Shown here in pieces: positions 63,178 through 64,000 of a stretch of DNA of 64,000 nucleotides. This DNA is from Octopus sinensis. Lineage: Eukaryota. The stretch is from positions 1 to 64,000 of the forward strand of contig NW_021835985.1 in assembly GCF_006345805.1 (NCBI RefSeq), given 5' to 3'. Each line of letters begins with the position of its first letter. Position 1 is the stretch's first letter. The notes below the pieces were generated by a model. It searched no databases and was not told the DNA's origin. It saw only the letters and a program-made list of their open reading frames with translations. The translations under genes and the position numbers were made by a program.

Positions 63178-63609
63178 ACTCTACAGTCACTTGAACTGCT
63201 AGAAATAGCAGTCAAATCTTCCTCAAATCACACCCTTTGATCTTAAGTATGTATGTACGAGCTAACAGGGGAAACCTCTAAATGGTAGCTAAATATGCTA
63301 GAAATAGCAGCCAATCTCCCTGAAATTACAACCTACAGCCTGAATGAAATTCATGGAGTGTTTTTTTTATTTTTACTTTTTAGAATGTTGGTAATTTAGG
63401 AATAGAGAGTAAGAGAGAATGTTCTTAGTGTTTTCATACAGACAAAAAAAGCCATTTCCAGGGTAATTCTAGCTCATGAAAATGTTGAAGTTGCTAATAG
63501 TTTCAACATCATCTACAAATTATTTTTCAATATATCGTTAGAGGTAAAGATATATATACAGAGGGTTTGGGCTAACTTTCCTTATTTTTATGTCTCATTT
63601 TTTAAAGGA

Positions 63610-63900
63610 ATATTATCATCATCATCATCCTTTCCATGCTGGCATGTGTTGGATGGTTTGAGAGAAACTGGCTGGACGGAAGACTGCACCAAGCTTCAGT
63701 CTCTGTTTTTGCATGGTTTATATGACTAGATGCCCTTCCTAACACCAACCATCCCAGAGAGTGGACTGAGAGCTTTCTACATGGCACCAGCATAGGCGAG
63801 GTCAGTTCTGGCATGATTTTTACAGCTGGATGCCCTTCCAAATGCCAACCACTTTACAATATAGACTGGATGCTTTTTACATGGTATCAGCATTGGTATG
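63610..63900 (-). mobile_element. RTE-type 3' tail fragment (LINE end or partner SINE)
   Basis: catcatcatc...tttccatgctggcatg...gatgcccttcctaacaccaacc. Confidence 0.7.
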
Positions 63901-64000
63901 GGCACTGAGTAACTCGCAAGACAAAGATCTTTTGAGAGGGGAGAGAGCATTGGAGGGGGGTGATCTTGTGCCAGATTATGAAAGGTTAGAGTGTGAAAGA

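Overview
Eukaryotic genomic DNA, most likely an octopus or related cephalopod (inferred from the repeat families, TA/CA microsatellites and TTAGGG-type repeats; not provable from this window). The left 27.7 kb is heterochromatin-like. It holds about 100 copies of an AT-rich 132/141-bp hairpin-containing satellite with layered higher-order repeats, a 185-bp satellite in alternating orientations, and degenerate TTAGGG and CCCTAA arrays facing each other. The right 36 kb carries the last six coding exons of a Golgi alpha-mannosidase II (GH38) gene on the minus strand. Its introns are packed with RTE-clade LINEs (with a PHD-type zinc finger inside the RT region), SINEs, a five-copy Helitron array, mariner/Tc1 relics and several palindromes carrying minimal type I hammerhead ribozyme motifs of the Penelope type. 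A deleted Gypsy element with integrase placed before RNase H lies between the telomere-like array and the gene. All coordinates were read by eye and may be off by a few bases.
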